DNA of 64,000 nucleotides from assembly GCF_009914755.1 (NCBI RefSeq), contig NC_060927.1; one strand, 5' to 3'. The notes under the pieces are model-generated. The model saw nothing but the letters and a program-made list of their open reading frames with translations, did not search any database and was not told the DNA's origin. This DNA is from the human T2T-CHM13v2.0 reference genome, Homo sapiens. Positions 1 through 13,756 of this stretch are shown here, one piece after another (within the stretch, counting starts at the first letter, position 1; every line of letters begins with the position of its first letter). The translations under genes and the position numbers were made by a program.

Positions 1-615
1 TCTAGAGTCATGGCCACACAACATTAAAGTGAGTAGGGTGTCCTTCTTTTTCCATTGCTGCCTTTCAGATTCCTACGTACCTTTCCAGCCCATCTCAAAT
101 GCCCCCTATCTTATCAAGCCTTTCCCAGTCCCCAGTCTTCTCCTGGATTCTCCTTCCCCAAGGTTCCCCATATTCAATATTGCCACTTAGTGGCATCTCT
201 GGAGTCAGACAGCTCTGAGGGTCCTTACTCTACCACTGACCTTGAGCACTTCACTTGCCAGAGCTTTCATTTCTTCACCTTAAAATGGAAATCTTAATTC
301 TTCATAAATATGTTTTGGAGACTAAATTAAACATTTACAGTAAATTTACTATTACAGTGGCTGGCAAAGAATAGACTCTCTTTAAAGGGTAGCTGTGTTA
401 CAGTTATCTCGGTCTGCCTCCTGTGATGGCCACCTTCCCAGCCAAAGTGTAAGTACTTTGAGATCAGGGCCTATAGACTGTATTGCTTTCTCATCCCCAA
501 CTTCATACAGTGCAGATCTCAAGTATAGTCTAGTAAGTGAATAAATTCATGCATGAATGAAGGCTCAGAACCCTTCCCCCATCCCTAAAGACTTTGGAAA
601 TGGACATTCCCTTAC

Positions 616-740
616 TTGGCAGCCACAGTTCAGATGGTAGTGATGATTCAGACTTTCCCTCTGCACCAAGGACAGGTCCTCCCAGGGCTCGATGTAGTTG
701 CACAGATGGATGAAGACTTTTCCATCACTGAGGACCTGAC
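616..740 (-). CDS. TIMP4: TIMP4 coding exon 4 (125 nt); the final exon lies left of position 1
   Basis: Encodes (G)QVLSDGKVFIHLCNYIEPWEDLSLVQRESLNHHYHLNCGCQ. AG acceptor at 742-741, GTAAG donor from 615. Phase joins exon 3; cumulative CDS is 477 nt. Confidence 0.97.
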
Positions 741-3053
741 CTTCAAGGGGAGATGGAGGAGAGTCAAGCATCAGGATTCTTCTCCTGGAGCCCCAGGGGC
801 CCAGGTCCTTGAAAAGCCCAGAATTGCAGCCTCCCCAATGACTTTGGTGGCAGTGGTGGCATGGGGCTCAGTGAAGGGACCAATAAATAAAACTACTATA
901 ATCTTTCTAGCAAAAAGATAAGCAGATTATGTTTGTACGAGGCAGAGTTGTGGGATCTGGTGAAGGCCTTTTCGTTTAGCATGGTACAGAGAGAAGAATG
1001 TGGTCTTTAAAGTCAAAGTCTGTGTGGGATCCCCCTTTCTTTTCTGTCATTTACTAGCTGAATGATCTTAAGGAAGTTGTATAACCTCTCAGCTGGAAGA
1101 TGAAAATTATAAAGTTGTCAGATTAAATGAGAGATTGTCTATAAAGTTCCCAGCACAGTTGTGGTCCCACAGAAGATATTCAATAAATAATAGGTCCCTT
1201 CCCCTTTCCAGCCCTTCCCAGTATCTGCACAGGCCAGGCTCCTGCTCTAGATTGGTGAGTCTTTTACCTTCCCCATAGGAAATTTCCCCCTTTTTACCTA
1301 TGAAGCTCCTTTTCACCTTTCAAAGACCCTTTCAGTGCCACCTCAAAGCCATCTCTGACCACCTAGCTAGCCCATGCCTCTTTTAGAACCTCAGTCGCTC
1401 AATCATTTACTCACTGAGTGACTGCTGTGATCTAGTACCAGGAATACAGATATAAAAATGACAGGATCTCTGCTCCCAAGGAGCTTAGAAATGAGTAGGG
1501 TAGATGGATAAGTAGGGAAAAATTACACTATTGTGTGGTTCTATACAAAGTGCAGTATAAGAACAAAGGAACATACAATTATTTCCATCTATGGAAGGAG
1601 TGTGGGGCAAAGAAGGTGTCTCAGAGAAGACTGTGCTTGCATTGGGCCTTGAAGGGATGAGTGGGAGTCTGCCTACCAAACAGGTTGGGGGAAGGGTTTC
1701 CTGTCATTGCCACTATCCTGTGCAGAGGCAGGGAGACACAGCCTGGCAGCATACCTTCTGCAACCACAGGTAGCTGAGTTCAGTTCTTGGGAAAGTGAGG
1801 GGCTGGGAACTGATATTGACAAAGCTAGAGAGGGCAGCAGTGTTCTGGTCACAAAGAGCTTTCAACACCAGGCAAAGGAGCTTGTGCCTTCTCCTGTAGG
1901 ACCTGGGCACCATTGATAACTTTTCTTAGACTATTTTTTGTCATTTCTCCCCACCCTCAGTTAGACTTGACCTCCCTGAAGGCAGGGAACATGTTTCCTC
2001 ATTTCCCCTGCTGTACCTCCATGCCTAGCAGCGGGCTAGACACACAGAGGGCAGGTGCTTAGGAAGGAGGTGCGATAATAGAGTTTGAAAGGGCCTGGTC
2101 TGCTAGACCTGGGAACTGCAGGGCTCAGTGGTGTGTCCTGCCTCTGCCTCTTCCATCCAGGAGCTCCTCAGTTCTGTACAATTCCACATCCTCAGAGCTA
2201 GGAAGCCCTTATCATTGTAGCCTCCAGTGCCTGTGACTCATCAAGAGCCATGTCTGGACAGTGAACTCTTTTAAGGACTGTGCCTTGTTACTGAATCTCC
2301 ACTCTCCTGGCCAAGGCATGGCAGTGACTAAGTGGTCATTCATTGCTGAATGTGTGGATAGATCGTGGAATCCCTTCACCTGTTCCCTCCCCCACTGCTG
2401 TGCTTTTTCTTTCCCTTGCTTTCTTTCTAAATATTGTTTTATGTTTTCAGGCCAGTTTAGATCCCACCTACACAATGAAGCTTCCCTGATAGTTCACAAC
2501 TACCAAATAGTTCCGTTCTCTGAACTCCAAAATAATTTAATGTTGCATTCATTTATGGAGTCATATTTTTGTGTGATTCTTTAACTGTTCTATCCCAGCC
2601 AATTCAGTATGGAGGAATCCTGCCTGGGCCCAAGTTCACAGAGACAGAACTATGTTAGACTCAAGCTCCTGTTAAGTCCTGTGCAAAAGGCAGAGTTGAC
2701 CTGCAAGGAGCAGTTTTAGAGAGGAGACTTTGACTCAAGTTGCCAAAAATCTTATACTAATTTAAACTATTTGAAAAACGGAAGCAGCTGCCCTACACTG
2801 GGTGAGCAGCCTGTCCTTAAAATAGTGAAACGGTGGCCAGGGTCACTGTACTAAGAACTCTTACATTTAAAGGGAGGTTACAAGGCTCCTCCTAACCCAG
2901 AGGTTGTCTGTCACTAACACAGCTCTGTTTTATGCCCAAGAAAATGCCACCTGGCTCAGCCTACTGCCCAAGGAAGACCCTGGCTCCTTTCTCACTACCT
3001 CCCCTAGGGCAGAATCTATTATATTAAGGCCAGTTGTTGGTCTTTTAACTTAC

Positions 3054-3168
3054 CAGTCAAGAGATACTGCTTCTGGCTGTTGGCTTCTAGTTTCACACCA
3101 CAGAGGGAAGAGTCAAAAGGCGTATAGATATACTGAACATCCTTGACTTTCTCAAACCCTTTGAACAT
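3054..3168 (-). CDS. TIMP4: TIMP4 coding exon 3 (115 nt)
   Basis: Encodes MFKGFEKVKDVQYIYTPFDSSLCGVKLEANSQKQYLLT(G). CAG acceptor ending at 3169, GTAAG donor from 3053. Confidence 0.97.
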
Positions 3169-3618
3169 CTGACAGGCAATTACAAAAAAAGGCAATATTG
3201 GGTCAGTGAGTGTACTGTTTATATTAACAGACAAAAACCTCTCACTTCTCAGCCTAAAAATGTAAGCAAAAGTCTAGTTGAGGATTTTGTGTCCTCAGAT
3301 GTCCCTACTGGGTTATTTTCTCTCTTAAAACAAAACAACAACAAAAAAAAACACCTAAACCTTGGTTTATTCCAGTAGGTACCTGTAGTGGCACCATACA
3401 CCAGCAGCTGTGGGACCAGATGGATGCTGAGGCCCTCCCTGGCAATATCCCTGGGATTCTATGGGCTCTGCCTCCAAATCTCATCCAGTTCCACTTCAGT
3501 ATCTAGACCCAAGGATTACTGAGCCAGGCCACCTGAAAGCTACCAGCCCTCCCAGAACACAGACTCCACTTTCTCCATCAGCCTTAGGGGCTACACATCC
3601 CAGCCTGCCCCCATGTAC

Positions 3619-3716
3619 CTTTATCTGTTTGATTTCATACCGGAGCATTTTTTCAGTGTCAGCAGGGTCTGCACTGGCCGGAACTACCTTCTCACTGGAG
3701 ATTTTGGCCCGAATCA
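3619..3716 (-). CDS. TIMP4: TIMP4 coding exon 2 (98 nt)
   Basis: Encodes (V)IRAKISSEKVVPASADPADTEKMLRYEIKQIK, containing the TIMP VIRAK signature. GCAG acceptor and GTACAT donor; phases fit exons 1 and 3. Confidence 0.97.
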
Positions 3717-4935
3717 CTGCATAGGAAGAGAAAAGAGGGAACCTTCAGCAGCTGGTGGGGGCAATACACCTGAGGTCTGGATGATCCAGGGTCCATGAAG
3801 AAGTCTATAGGGCAGTTCTTGGTTTTGGTGTGGCTGGGTTGTGAGCAACGTGATGTGTGAGAAGGGGGACCTGGAAACACCTCCCCTGCAGTCACTGGAA
3901 GTTCCAAACCCCTCAGGCTTATTAGGTCCTATAACCGCTAAGCTGTTTCTGCCTTTTGAACCAGTTAGTCTGGAGAGCTCTAGTTCTCCATAGCCGTTTG
4001 TGCAGTGGGGCACAGGGTAGGAGTCAGAGTAGAGAAGGGAGGAGGAGCCCCTTCAGGGCAGTCGGTGTGAAGTTTATCTATTGCTGTGGTCAAGGCCTCT
4101 CATCCCGCCTACAGTTGATATTAGTAAATGTTTATTGAATTCATAAATGTTCTGACCCTGCACTGAGGTATTGCATCTCTTGCCATTTGAGCATTAATAA
4201 CCAAAAACTGTTGATGATGTTCTTCCTCTGTGCCTGGCCTTGCACTAGGCACTAGGCCCATAGATGTGATTAAGACAGGGTCCCCATCCTGCCGAGCTCT
4301 TGATCTAGTGGAGTGCACACGTGTAAAGAACAACAGCACAGCATAGTAGGAGCGCTAAGACGGTTAGAGATGCTGAGGCGGCACCAAGGAGCCCGGGAGC
4401 CTGCAGAGAAGGGGAGAGACCTAAGTTAGCCCTTGAAGGATGAGTAGGAGTCTGCCAGGAATTTAAGGGTGTGAGGGAGGGCATTCCAGGCAGAGGGAAG
4501 AGAAAGGACAGAACGTGTGTGTTGCCATAGGGGCTTGGTGGCAACCTCAGTTATAGGCCTGGACAGACACGGGTAGTTACAATGCAAGCCCTCTCCCCTC
4601 CCCTTTCTGTCCCCAGTCTAGTAGTTCAGAATAATCATCAGATAGCTCCGGTGACACCTTGTGTAATGACACTCCATAATTGCAGTATGGCCGGAGTGAG
4701 GGAGGTCGCTATGGAAGTCCCTGATGAAATCTTCATTTCCTTATGAATCAGTCAGGTTCTGGGCTTGCAAGGTTGCTATGGCGCCTGGTCCTTCTCCACC
4801 CATCAGCCTCAGCAAGAGACAACCGGTAAGAATTTGAGCTCCTCCCTTTTCCTCTGGACTCCTGGTGTACTGCTGGCCAGATACTAATCCCCCACAACCA
4901 CCCCCTGCTGTGGACCTCGCGGACCTCGGACTCAC

Positions 4936-5074
4936 CAAGTGCCGAGTGGCAGATGTGCTGCTGAGGGTGCGCCGGGGCGCAGCTGCATGCCTCACCCAGC
5001 CCCGGGGGCCGCAGCAACGCCAGCAGCCGCAGCAACAGCACCCAGCTTGGCGCGGGCCGAGGGCTCCCAGGCAT
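4936..5074 (-). CDS. TIMP4: TIMP4 coding exon 1 (139 nt): signal peptide and mature N-terminus of metalloproteinase inhibitor 4
   Basis: Encodes MPGSPRPAPSWVLLLRLLALLRPPGLGEA-CSCAPAHPQQHICHSAL, with the TIMP C-X-C zinc-chelating mature start. ATG at 5074, GTGAG donor from 4935. Confidence 0.98.
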
Positions 5075-5139
5075 GACACTGCAGATCCGCGACTGAGCCT
5101 GTGAGGTCTGGGGGACTGGACGGCCCCAGCAGGGCTCCT

Positions 5140-5270
5140 TCCCAAGGCCGTTGTGCCCCTCGCCCCAGGCTTTATGAGGTGGCCCTAAGGGCCAATCCCG
5201 CCCCGACGGGCTCCGCCTTCCTTTGGCTCTAGGCCACCCGCGGAGGCAGGACCCGAGGCTCTTCCGACCT
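5140..5270 (-). promoter_or_regulatory. TIMP4: TIMP4 proximal promoter in a small CpG-rich region
   Basis: CATAAA TATA-like element on - at 5171-5176. CCAAT at 5192-5196 (inverted relative to TIMP4) abuts the GC box CCCGCCCC at 5197-5204. CpG enrichment from about 4900 to 5270. The TSS is inferred, not observed. Confidence 0.75.
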
Positions 5271-5994
5271 GCATACTCAGTAAGATGCAGAGGGAAGCCT
5301 GGAAGGAGGCCCTGACCTCTGTTTCCCTGCCTAAGTCATGAAGCGATCTGGAAGCAGAGGGGAAGCACTGGGAGAGGGGATGGTGTCAAGGGCAGAAAGA
5401 CGGAAAGAGCCACAAAGACAAATGCATGAGGACAGAAAAACTGAGGGCTGTGATTCAGGCAGAAAGAACAAGAGTGAGGAGAGGCACAGACAGAAAGAGT
5501 GAGACAGGCAGAGTCCCAGAGAGGCAGACAGAATTACAACAGGCAAAAGAGACAGTGACAGAGAAGGACGGACCCCTTGCTGAGCTGCACGCTGGGAATG
5601 AGACGAGCTACTCAGGGCTTCTTTCAGCTGCAGGAAGTGCTTTCAATGCCCTATTTATGAGGCTCCAAAGCAACAGCAAACAGTAATAGAACAGGACAGA
5701 GAAAGTTGGGGTGTGTGTGTCTTGGCTCTGTTGCCTGGGGGGTGGGGAGAGATGTCAAAGAAGCAGCCAGTGCTTTAGAAACCCTTTCTCACTCCCAGAG
5801 CCTCAGACTCTCCAGATAGCTGGAGACAGCGCTCTTGGTGTACAAAACACAAAGTGTCCCATCACTTAGGGCAAACCTTGGACCTCAAAGCCCTCTCGAG
5901 GCCCTAGACTACATTGATTTTTATTGCATGTCCCTTCTCACTGGAGACTCTGTCATGTTCTAGAAGGTGGGACAGCTTAGAAAACAAAGAAGCA

Positions 5995-6555
<561 letters not shown>

Positions 6556-7780
6556 CTAAAGCCCTTTGAAGTTCTTCTTCCCATCCTTGGCTGGCCTCAA
6601 CCAGGAATGCTGAGATCCTCAGGCCAGATACCCCCAGTATCTGTTCAAATCTTAGTTCCCATAGGAGTCTGACTTTTCATCAGGGTCAACATTATTTCCT
6701 TCAAAGGATACCTTTTCATTTTGATGGTGTTAGTGATATTTGAAAAGAAGGGAATTGAAAGAGAGCTGAGTCTGACTGAAAGATGAAATGCCCGGGTTAG
6801 CATCCAGGCTGGTTCTTCATACAATGTTCAGACCAAGATAGAGGCTGATGTACTATTTGAAGGGAGCTCAGAAAGCATCCCATCTGATCTCTTCATTGGA
6901 CAGATGTGAAGGCTGAGGCCCAGTGAGATACAGTGACTTGTAGAAAGTCCGTGGCAGAAGAGGACTAGAGTACTCGTCTCCTGACATCTAGCCCAGTGCT
7001 CCTTCCACTCCACAATATTACTTCTTACATCACCATTTTGTAGCAGCTTGAAATCTTGCCCTTAGAGGATAATCCTTCTTTTAAGGTTTTGTTGCTCCTC
7101 TGTTAAAGTATGGCTACCTCAGTGTAGAGTTCGCTCCCCTAAGGATCTCTCTGCATTTATAAACATACTGAATTCTTCTACCGGCTCTCTTTCAAACCCC
7201 AAGCTGGGAAGAAATGGGCCTTCACATGCAAAGCCTTGTTTGGTGGTGAGATTGGGGTATTGGTGAGCAGTGAAGAGTGTGAAAGAGGGAGAAAACAACC
7301 AGGATCATTACAGGAAAGCTGGGCCTTTGAAGGTTGTAGGTACCAAGAGGGTACATGCTGACAGGGACATCAAGATGCCAAAGATGTGTTTTTAAAATAA
7401 AAATACAGGTTTATTAAAGTACATCTACATATAGTAAAGTTCACTCTTTCAGAGATACTTTCTTTTTTTAATTCTCTTTGTCTGAGGGCCAGTCCTGCCC
7501 AGGTTTTGTCTAATGCAGAGAAAATTGACAGTGCATTTTAAAGATGTAGGGTATACCAAATAAGAGTACAGGGTTCTTGTAGCACTGCCACTAATATGCT
7601 GTGTGACCCTGGGAACTCACTGTCATTCCATGGGTCTCAGTTTTTTAATCTGTAAAGCAAGTAGATTGGACTAGTTCTTTAAAGAACCCTCCCAAGGGTA
7701 TTCCCAAGAAAAATATGTGTAGGATTCCACGGAGAGATGGGCACACTCTGACAGTTTATTCATTTCTCTTCTGATTTCAG

Positions 7781-7843
7781 CTGACACTGCCCACGTTCCC
7801 TGTGGTGGTGAAGATTGGCCACGCTCACTCAGGCATGGGCAAG
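7781..7843 (+). CDS. SYN2: SYN2 coding exon (63 nt; probably exon 6), C domain
   Basis: Encodes LTLPTFPVVVKIGHAHSGMGK, the synapsin ATP-binding loop. TTTCAG acceptor, GTGAG donor. Missed by the ORF track. Confidence 0.96.
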
Positions 7844-8246
7844 GTGAGGCAGAGAGGCCTGCTGTGCTTCAGGGTTGAACCAAGAAGGGCAGTTTTCAGA
7901 GCGCCCATTTGTGAACTGCTATTCTCCCTCTGTCACTGATGAATTCTTTCCAAAGAGAAGATGATTTGCCACCTCTAAAGCCATGAGTGTCACCCAACCA
8001 GACCTCTTTCAGTAAGCAGAATGCAAGCCACCTGCTTGGTCCTCTGGGTCCTTTGCAGCAAGTGTGGCCCTTGAGTTCTGGGAAGGGAAGCTAGGGAGAA
8101 GGGGCCTCCTGGGGAGATGTGGCACCCAGATTAGTGTCTGGATCGGATACATATTGGTGGGTTTGGAGGCTCAGGGCCCTTGTGACTTCTCAGTGTGTGT
8201 ATGTGTGTGTCTCCCTTTCCCCCTTTCTGCCCTGCTCTAACATTAG

Positions 8247-8389
8247 GTCAAAGTGGAAAACCACTACGACTTCCAGGACATTGCCAGCGTGGTGGCTCTC
8301 ACCCAGACCTATGCCACTGCAGAGCCTTTCATTGACTCCAAGTATGACATCCGGGTCCAGAAGATTGGCAACAACTACAAGGCTTACAT
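8247..8389 (+). CDS. SYN2: SYN2 coding exon (143 nt; probably exon 7), C domain
   Basis: Encodes [47 protein letters not shown](M). TAG acceptor, GTGAG donor. Confidence 0.96.
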
Positions 8390-9193
8390 GTGAGTAAGAG
8401 TGGGGTATGTTTTCTCCTCAGTGATGATGGAAAAGCTGAGCCTCCACATTGCAGCCAACTCTCAGATAACAGAGAGGGTGCCACTTAAGTCAGAGATTTT
8501 TTTACCTGGGTTCCTTTTAAGTCAGAGGAGGGGTCTGTGGACTAAGATGAGAAAATATATTAATATTCATTTTCACTTGCCTCTAAGGGAAATTTAGCTT
8601 TCTCTTCATTTTGAACAGAGACGACAGACTACATTAGTTACCTGTACATAGGAGTTTGTCACTAAAGGTGATTACTGATTTTCTTAGATCTTAGATCTTA
8701 TAGTTGAGACACATATCTCTATGGATTATTCTCATTCCTACTTTAAAATAATGGTACTTGTTAGGCTTGCCACTACCTCCTGTTACTTAGAAACACATAT
8801 TTTACTAATCACAGATTTGTTTAATATTTTTGATAACTCTAATTGGGTAGCTCTGGGATCCCATGTACTCTATCTTATACAGTTACACATCTTATATATT
8901 GTGTTCATTGGAAGGAATCCATAGGCTTCCCCAGACTGCCACAGCACAAAGTTAAAAAGTTCCTGGTATAAATATCCAGCACTGAAAAATGCTACAGAAC
9001 ATTAAAAGCCCAGTGCATGACTTCTCTGTAACTGTGTCCATTTGCCAGGATGGAAAGTTAAAAATTTCCTGCATTAGAATTTAGTAAAGGAAAAGATTTC
9101 AAAACTACCTGACTTTCCATAATACGCATAAAATGCAGGTGGCTTATAATTCCAATTTTGGAAATATTAATCCCCCACTTAAAGTTTACAGTG

Positions 9194-9499
9194 GGCCAGG
9201 CGCGGTGGCTCATGCCTGTAATCCCAGCACTTTGGGAGGCCGAGGCGGGCGGATCACGAGGTCAGGAGATCAAGACCATCCTGGCTAACATGGTGAAACC
9301 CCATCTCTACTAAAAAATACAAAGAAATTAGCCAGACGTGGTGGTGGGCGCCTCTAGTCCCAGCTACTCAGGAGGCTGAGGCAGGAGAATGGCATGAACC
9401 CGGAAGGCAGAGCTTGCAATGAGCCGAGATCGCGCCACTGCACTCCAGCCTGGGCGACAGTGCAAGACTCTGTCTCAAAAAAAAAAAAAAAAAAGAGAA
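9194..9499 (+). mobile_element. Alu (AluY-like)
   Basis: Diagnostic GATCACGAGG, ACCATCCTGGCTAAC and GAGCTTGCA; TSD AAAGTTTACAGTG. Confidence 0.93.
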
Positions 9500-10034
9500 A
9501 AAGTTTACAGTGGTGTTTTCTTTACAAAGAAAGAACATTATTTATTAATATATAGATTTGATCTTGGTCACTCAGGACTTCAGCAGACTTCAAGGTTGAG
9601 CAGCCTTCCCTTTCTCTTCCCCACCTGTGTCTGTTTTTCTTCTCTTACCCCCCCTTTTCACTACTTACACTCCCCACCCCTTGAGTGAGTTAGGCCCCCT
9701 CCCTGCACTCCTGTCCCATACCACCCTTCACACACCTCTTGGTTAGCACTTGCCACACATGTGTTTTGTGTCACCCTCCTCCTCCAGACTCTGAGTTCCT
9801 TGTGAACAAGAATGATGGAATCATCTCTGCATCTCCATTACCATGTATAGCAGCAGAAACATTAATAGGCACCCAATAAGTATTCAGGGAAGAACCTTTA
9901 TGGAAAACTGAGGCATAGAATTTTTTTTTACCTTTATTGTCTAGATTTGTACTTTTTTAGTTTACAATTTTATATTTATAATCTTCCTGCTTCCAGAAAA
10001 TAATTTAGGATTGCTTTAGAAATATGCGCAATGT

Positions 10035-10315
10035 GGCCAGGTGTGGTGGCTCACATCTGTAATCCCAGCAGTTTGGGAGGCCGAGGCAGGCAGATTGCTT
10101 GAGCCTAGGAGTTCAAGACCAACCTGGGAAACATGGTGAGACCCCATCTCTACAAAAAATACAAAAATTAGCTGGATGTGGTGCTTGCCTATAGTCCTAG
10201 CTACTTAGGAGTCTGAGGTGGGAGGATCACTTGAGCCTGGGAGATCGGGCTGCAGTGAGCTGTGATTGCACCACTCCAGCCTGAGTGACATGGGACCCTG
10301 TCTCAAAAAAAGAAA
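10035..10315 (+). mobile_element. Alu (AluJ-like)
   Basis: GGAGGATCACTTGAGCC right arm; imperfect TSD AGAAATATGC(G/A)CAAT. Confidence 0.9.
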
Positions 10316-11079
10316 AGAAATATGCACAATCTAAGACAGAATAATTTAAAAACCATTATAAAAACTTGCTAAAAGAAGCAAAAAAATATATACCTTCAGG
10401 CACCTAGGAAAGCAGATTACCTATCTTTTAATTTTAAAATCCCCTAAATAAACACAAAACATTAATGACAACAGTGGAGTAAAAGTGTCTTGATCCTTAA
10501 AAGAAGACACCTAAATTTTAAGGGTTAAGGTTTCAAAAAACAACTTAAACTGAAGCATAAAAAAAGAGACTTCTAAAACATTGATGAAGGCTGGGTGACC
10601 AGAGAAGCTTTAGATAACATTTATTTACTTTTTTGGTGTGCAAGGGACCGTCAGTTATTGGAGAAATGTTTAGGCCCTCTTAGCTTCTCCTCACCACACT
10701 TCTTCCCCAAACTTGTGGCTATATTCCTGCTCTCAGAAGAAGGAATTTACTTAGCAGTAGCCAAGATTAGGCTTGGGATTCTTTTCGTCTACCCCAGCAA
10801 TCACCGTGGAGATCCAGAGACAGCCACTTTGGTGTGAAGAAGGTACCATTCCTGCCTCCATCTGCAGTAGGCAATAATGTGGGTCAGCTGTGGAGGTCAT
10901 ATGATTTTTGGGTCTAGAGAATGGCCTCTCAGTGTCCCCTTTGCTCCCACATGCCCCAGGTAGCCTGTATGGATCTATGCCCTGCATCCCATTGTTAGAG
11001 AATGGTGTGAAGTGTTGGGGAGCTTTGCAAACTTTAAAGTGCCATGAAAATGTAAGGATGATGTTATTTTCCACTCAAA

Positions 11080-11518
<439 letters not shown>

Positions 11519-11534
11519 CTAACTTCCCGATTTT

Positions 11535-11882
11535 CAGTATTTATGTAAGTGGGTCCTTCAAATGTATGATATGGTGATGGGCAGCCATGAAGTCATTCAA
11601 AATTTGTGATTGAAAGGTTCTACTACTGAGACTTCTCATTTTGAAGTGAAGCCTTCTCAGATTATGAAAATTATTAAAATTACTATTAATGAAATAAATG
11701 AGCCTATAGATGAAACAGTGTTTCACATTGTATATGCATCAGGGCAGTAGGAATATCCTGATAAACCAAGGAAACATCGTGGGAAGAAAGTTAACACCTA
11801 CAGACAGAATTGTAAAATGAATTTTGGCTCAGGTTGAGTTGGGTATGCAACCTGAAAATAGTGGGAGTCAGTGTACAAATCC
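11535..11882 (-). pseudogene. NUMT part 2: 3' end of mitochondrial COX1 (MT-CO1 pseudogene fragment)
   Basis: In the vertebrate mitochondrial code the - strand reads GFVHWLPLFSG..TWAKIHFTI..GVN..FFP..FLGLSG..PDAYTMWNTVSSMGSFISL..IFMIWE..EWLHGCPSPYHTFE, with deletions and frameshifts. It may already be annotated as an MT-CO1 pseudogene; not verified. Confidence 0.92.
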
Positions 11883-13396
11883 AAAGTTTGTGAGACTCTA
11901 TTATGTGCCATGGCTCTGTGCTGGGGACATGGAAGTGAGTGACTCTCTGCCCCTGCCTTGAGCAGTCTGGTCACAGGGACACATTTGTAAACCATGAATG
12001 TTAAGAAGACAGTTATTTTTATTATGATTCTGTCTTCGTGTTTCTACTCAGGTTTTGCCAGCCACTCAGTAGTTTGTTTCTTTGCCTTTCCTGAATTAGG
12101 TAGTGGAGTGTAGGGAAAAGCACATCATGTGAGGAAACCAGGATTCCTGGACTTTTATCTCATACCTGTTTGGACTAGATATATAATCTCGGACAAGTCC
12201 CCTAACCTTTCTGAGTCTTACTCTTATCTGTCAAGCAGGGGCAAGAATTTCAGCCTGCTCACAACAGGGGGTTTGAAATGAGGGGTTTGGTGAGGAGGCA
12301 CCTTAGAAAGCAGTCAGTACTGTCCAAGCATAAGGACTGTTGTGACCCTGTTCGTTAACTCATGGGGCCACCTCGTGGTTCTGAAAAATGAGCCATATAT
12401 CTAGGTTCCTCAGTGTCTGAAATCAGATCTCTGGGGAGGACACTCTCTAACAGTATTGAATGATAAGGGCAGCATATGAGGGGCTCTGTCGACAGTGTAA
12501 GCAGGACTCTTCTGTCCCCTAGGCTATCTCCTTCCTCTTGACTGTGTCTGGATGAAGGCTGATAATTAAAAAGACATATTTTGGGTGTTTATAGTTAATT
12601 TAAACCTGTATCAATTGGTCTTTCTGACAGCCCTGTGTTAACAGATAACAGGCTCAGAGGGGTGAAATGACTCTCTGAAGGTCACCCAGCCCATCAAGAG
12701 CAAATCCAGAACCAGAAACCAAGTAATCCACCTCCTATTTAGTCTAAGACTAGTTGACACCAACACATATTCATGGATGGAGGGTGCCGTGGGCACAGCA
12801 GAGAAGAAGCTGATGGCTTGATGCCATCGGCTCCATTTGACAGACAAGGCAACTTAACCCTGAAGAGTTAATTGACTTCCCCAGAGTCACATTGCTAATA
12901 TTATAGTGGCCTTCAGAAGTTAATAATGAATGAGTGAGTGAGCCAGTAAAGAAGATATTGGAAGATATTCATAAAGAACCCTGCGGGAGTTTCAGGATTG
13001 ATGGAATTCAGTTTGTATGTATCAAGTCAGTATAGATACTGAATGGGTAGGCGTCTGGGAACACAAGACACGATATGTACCTTCAAGTGGTTTTCAGGCT
13101 TGTGGAAAAATCTAAGCTTAAGACTCAGATCAAATAACTAAAATAAAAAGTAGATTTAAGATTGAAAATCAGGCAGAAGCAAAGTCCTGTAGAAGTTCTA
13201 AGGACAGTGAAAGGTCATCCGGTTGAGAGATCAGGGCAGGCTCTGTGGAGCCAGAGCTGTCTGGGCAAGACCCTTGTAGAGAGGAGGAGGGCATTGCAGG
13301 TGGGGATTTGGCAGAGGCACCCAGGCTCTAGGCTCAGCAGACAGACCCCTGGGCTACTTGTGGGAGAAGCAGGTGTGGAAAGCAACAGTGAGCTAA

Positions 13397-13549
<153 letters not shown>

Positions 13550-13756
13550 TGAGTTGAGAGAAGGAGTCCAGTTTCCAGCCCAGTGAGAGGGAGGCTTCCT
13601 TAGATGAAGAAGTTTAGGAATTAAGCTCTGTCCAAAGGGAGTCATGGAGCAAACCGGACAGATAAAACACAAAAGGCCCAAGTAGCCCATTTAGCAAGAT
13701 CAGGCAGGACTGATGATAGAGAAAGATGATAGAGTTAAAGACTGCACATACCATAG

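Noticed and set aside
4741-5145. 134-aa ORF overlapping TIMP4 exon 1 in another frame
   Set aside because: Non-ATG start in GC-rich sequence, runs into the intron; expected by chance.
5350-5570. GA-rich, repeat-like stretch upstream of TIMP4
   Set aside because: Degenerate low complexity (GACAGA-like) without a fixed unit or spacers; not an array.
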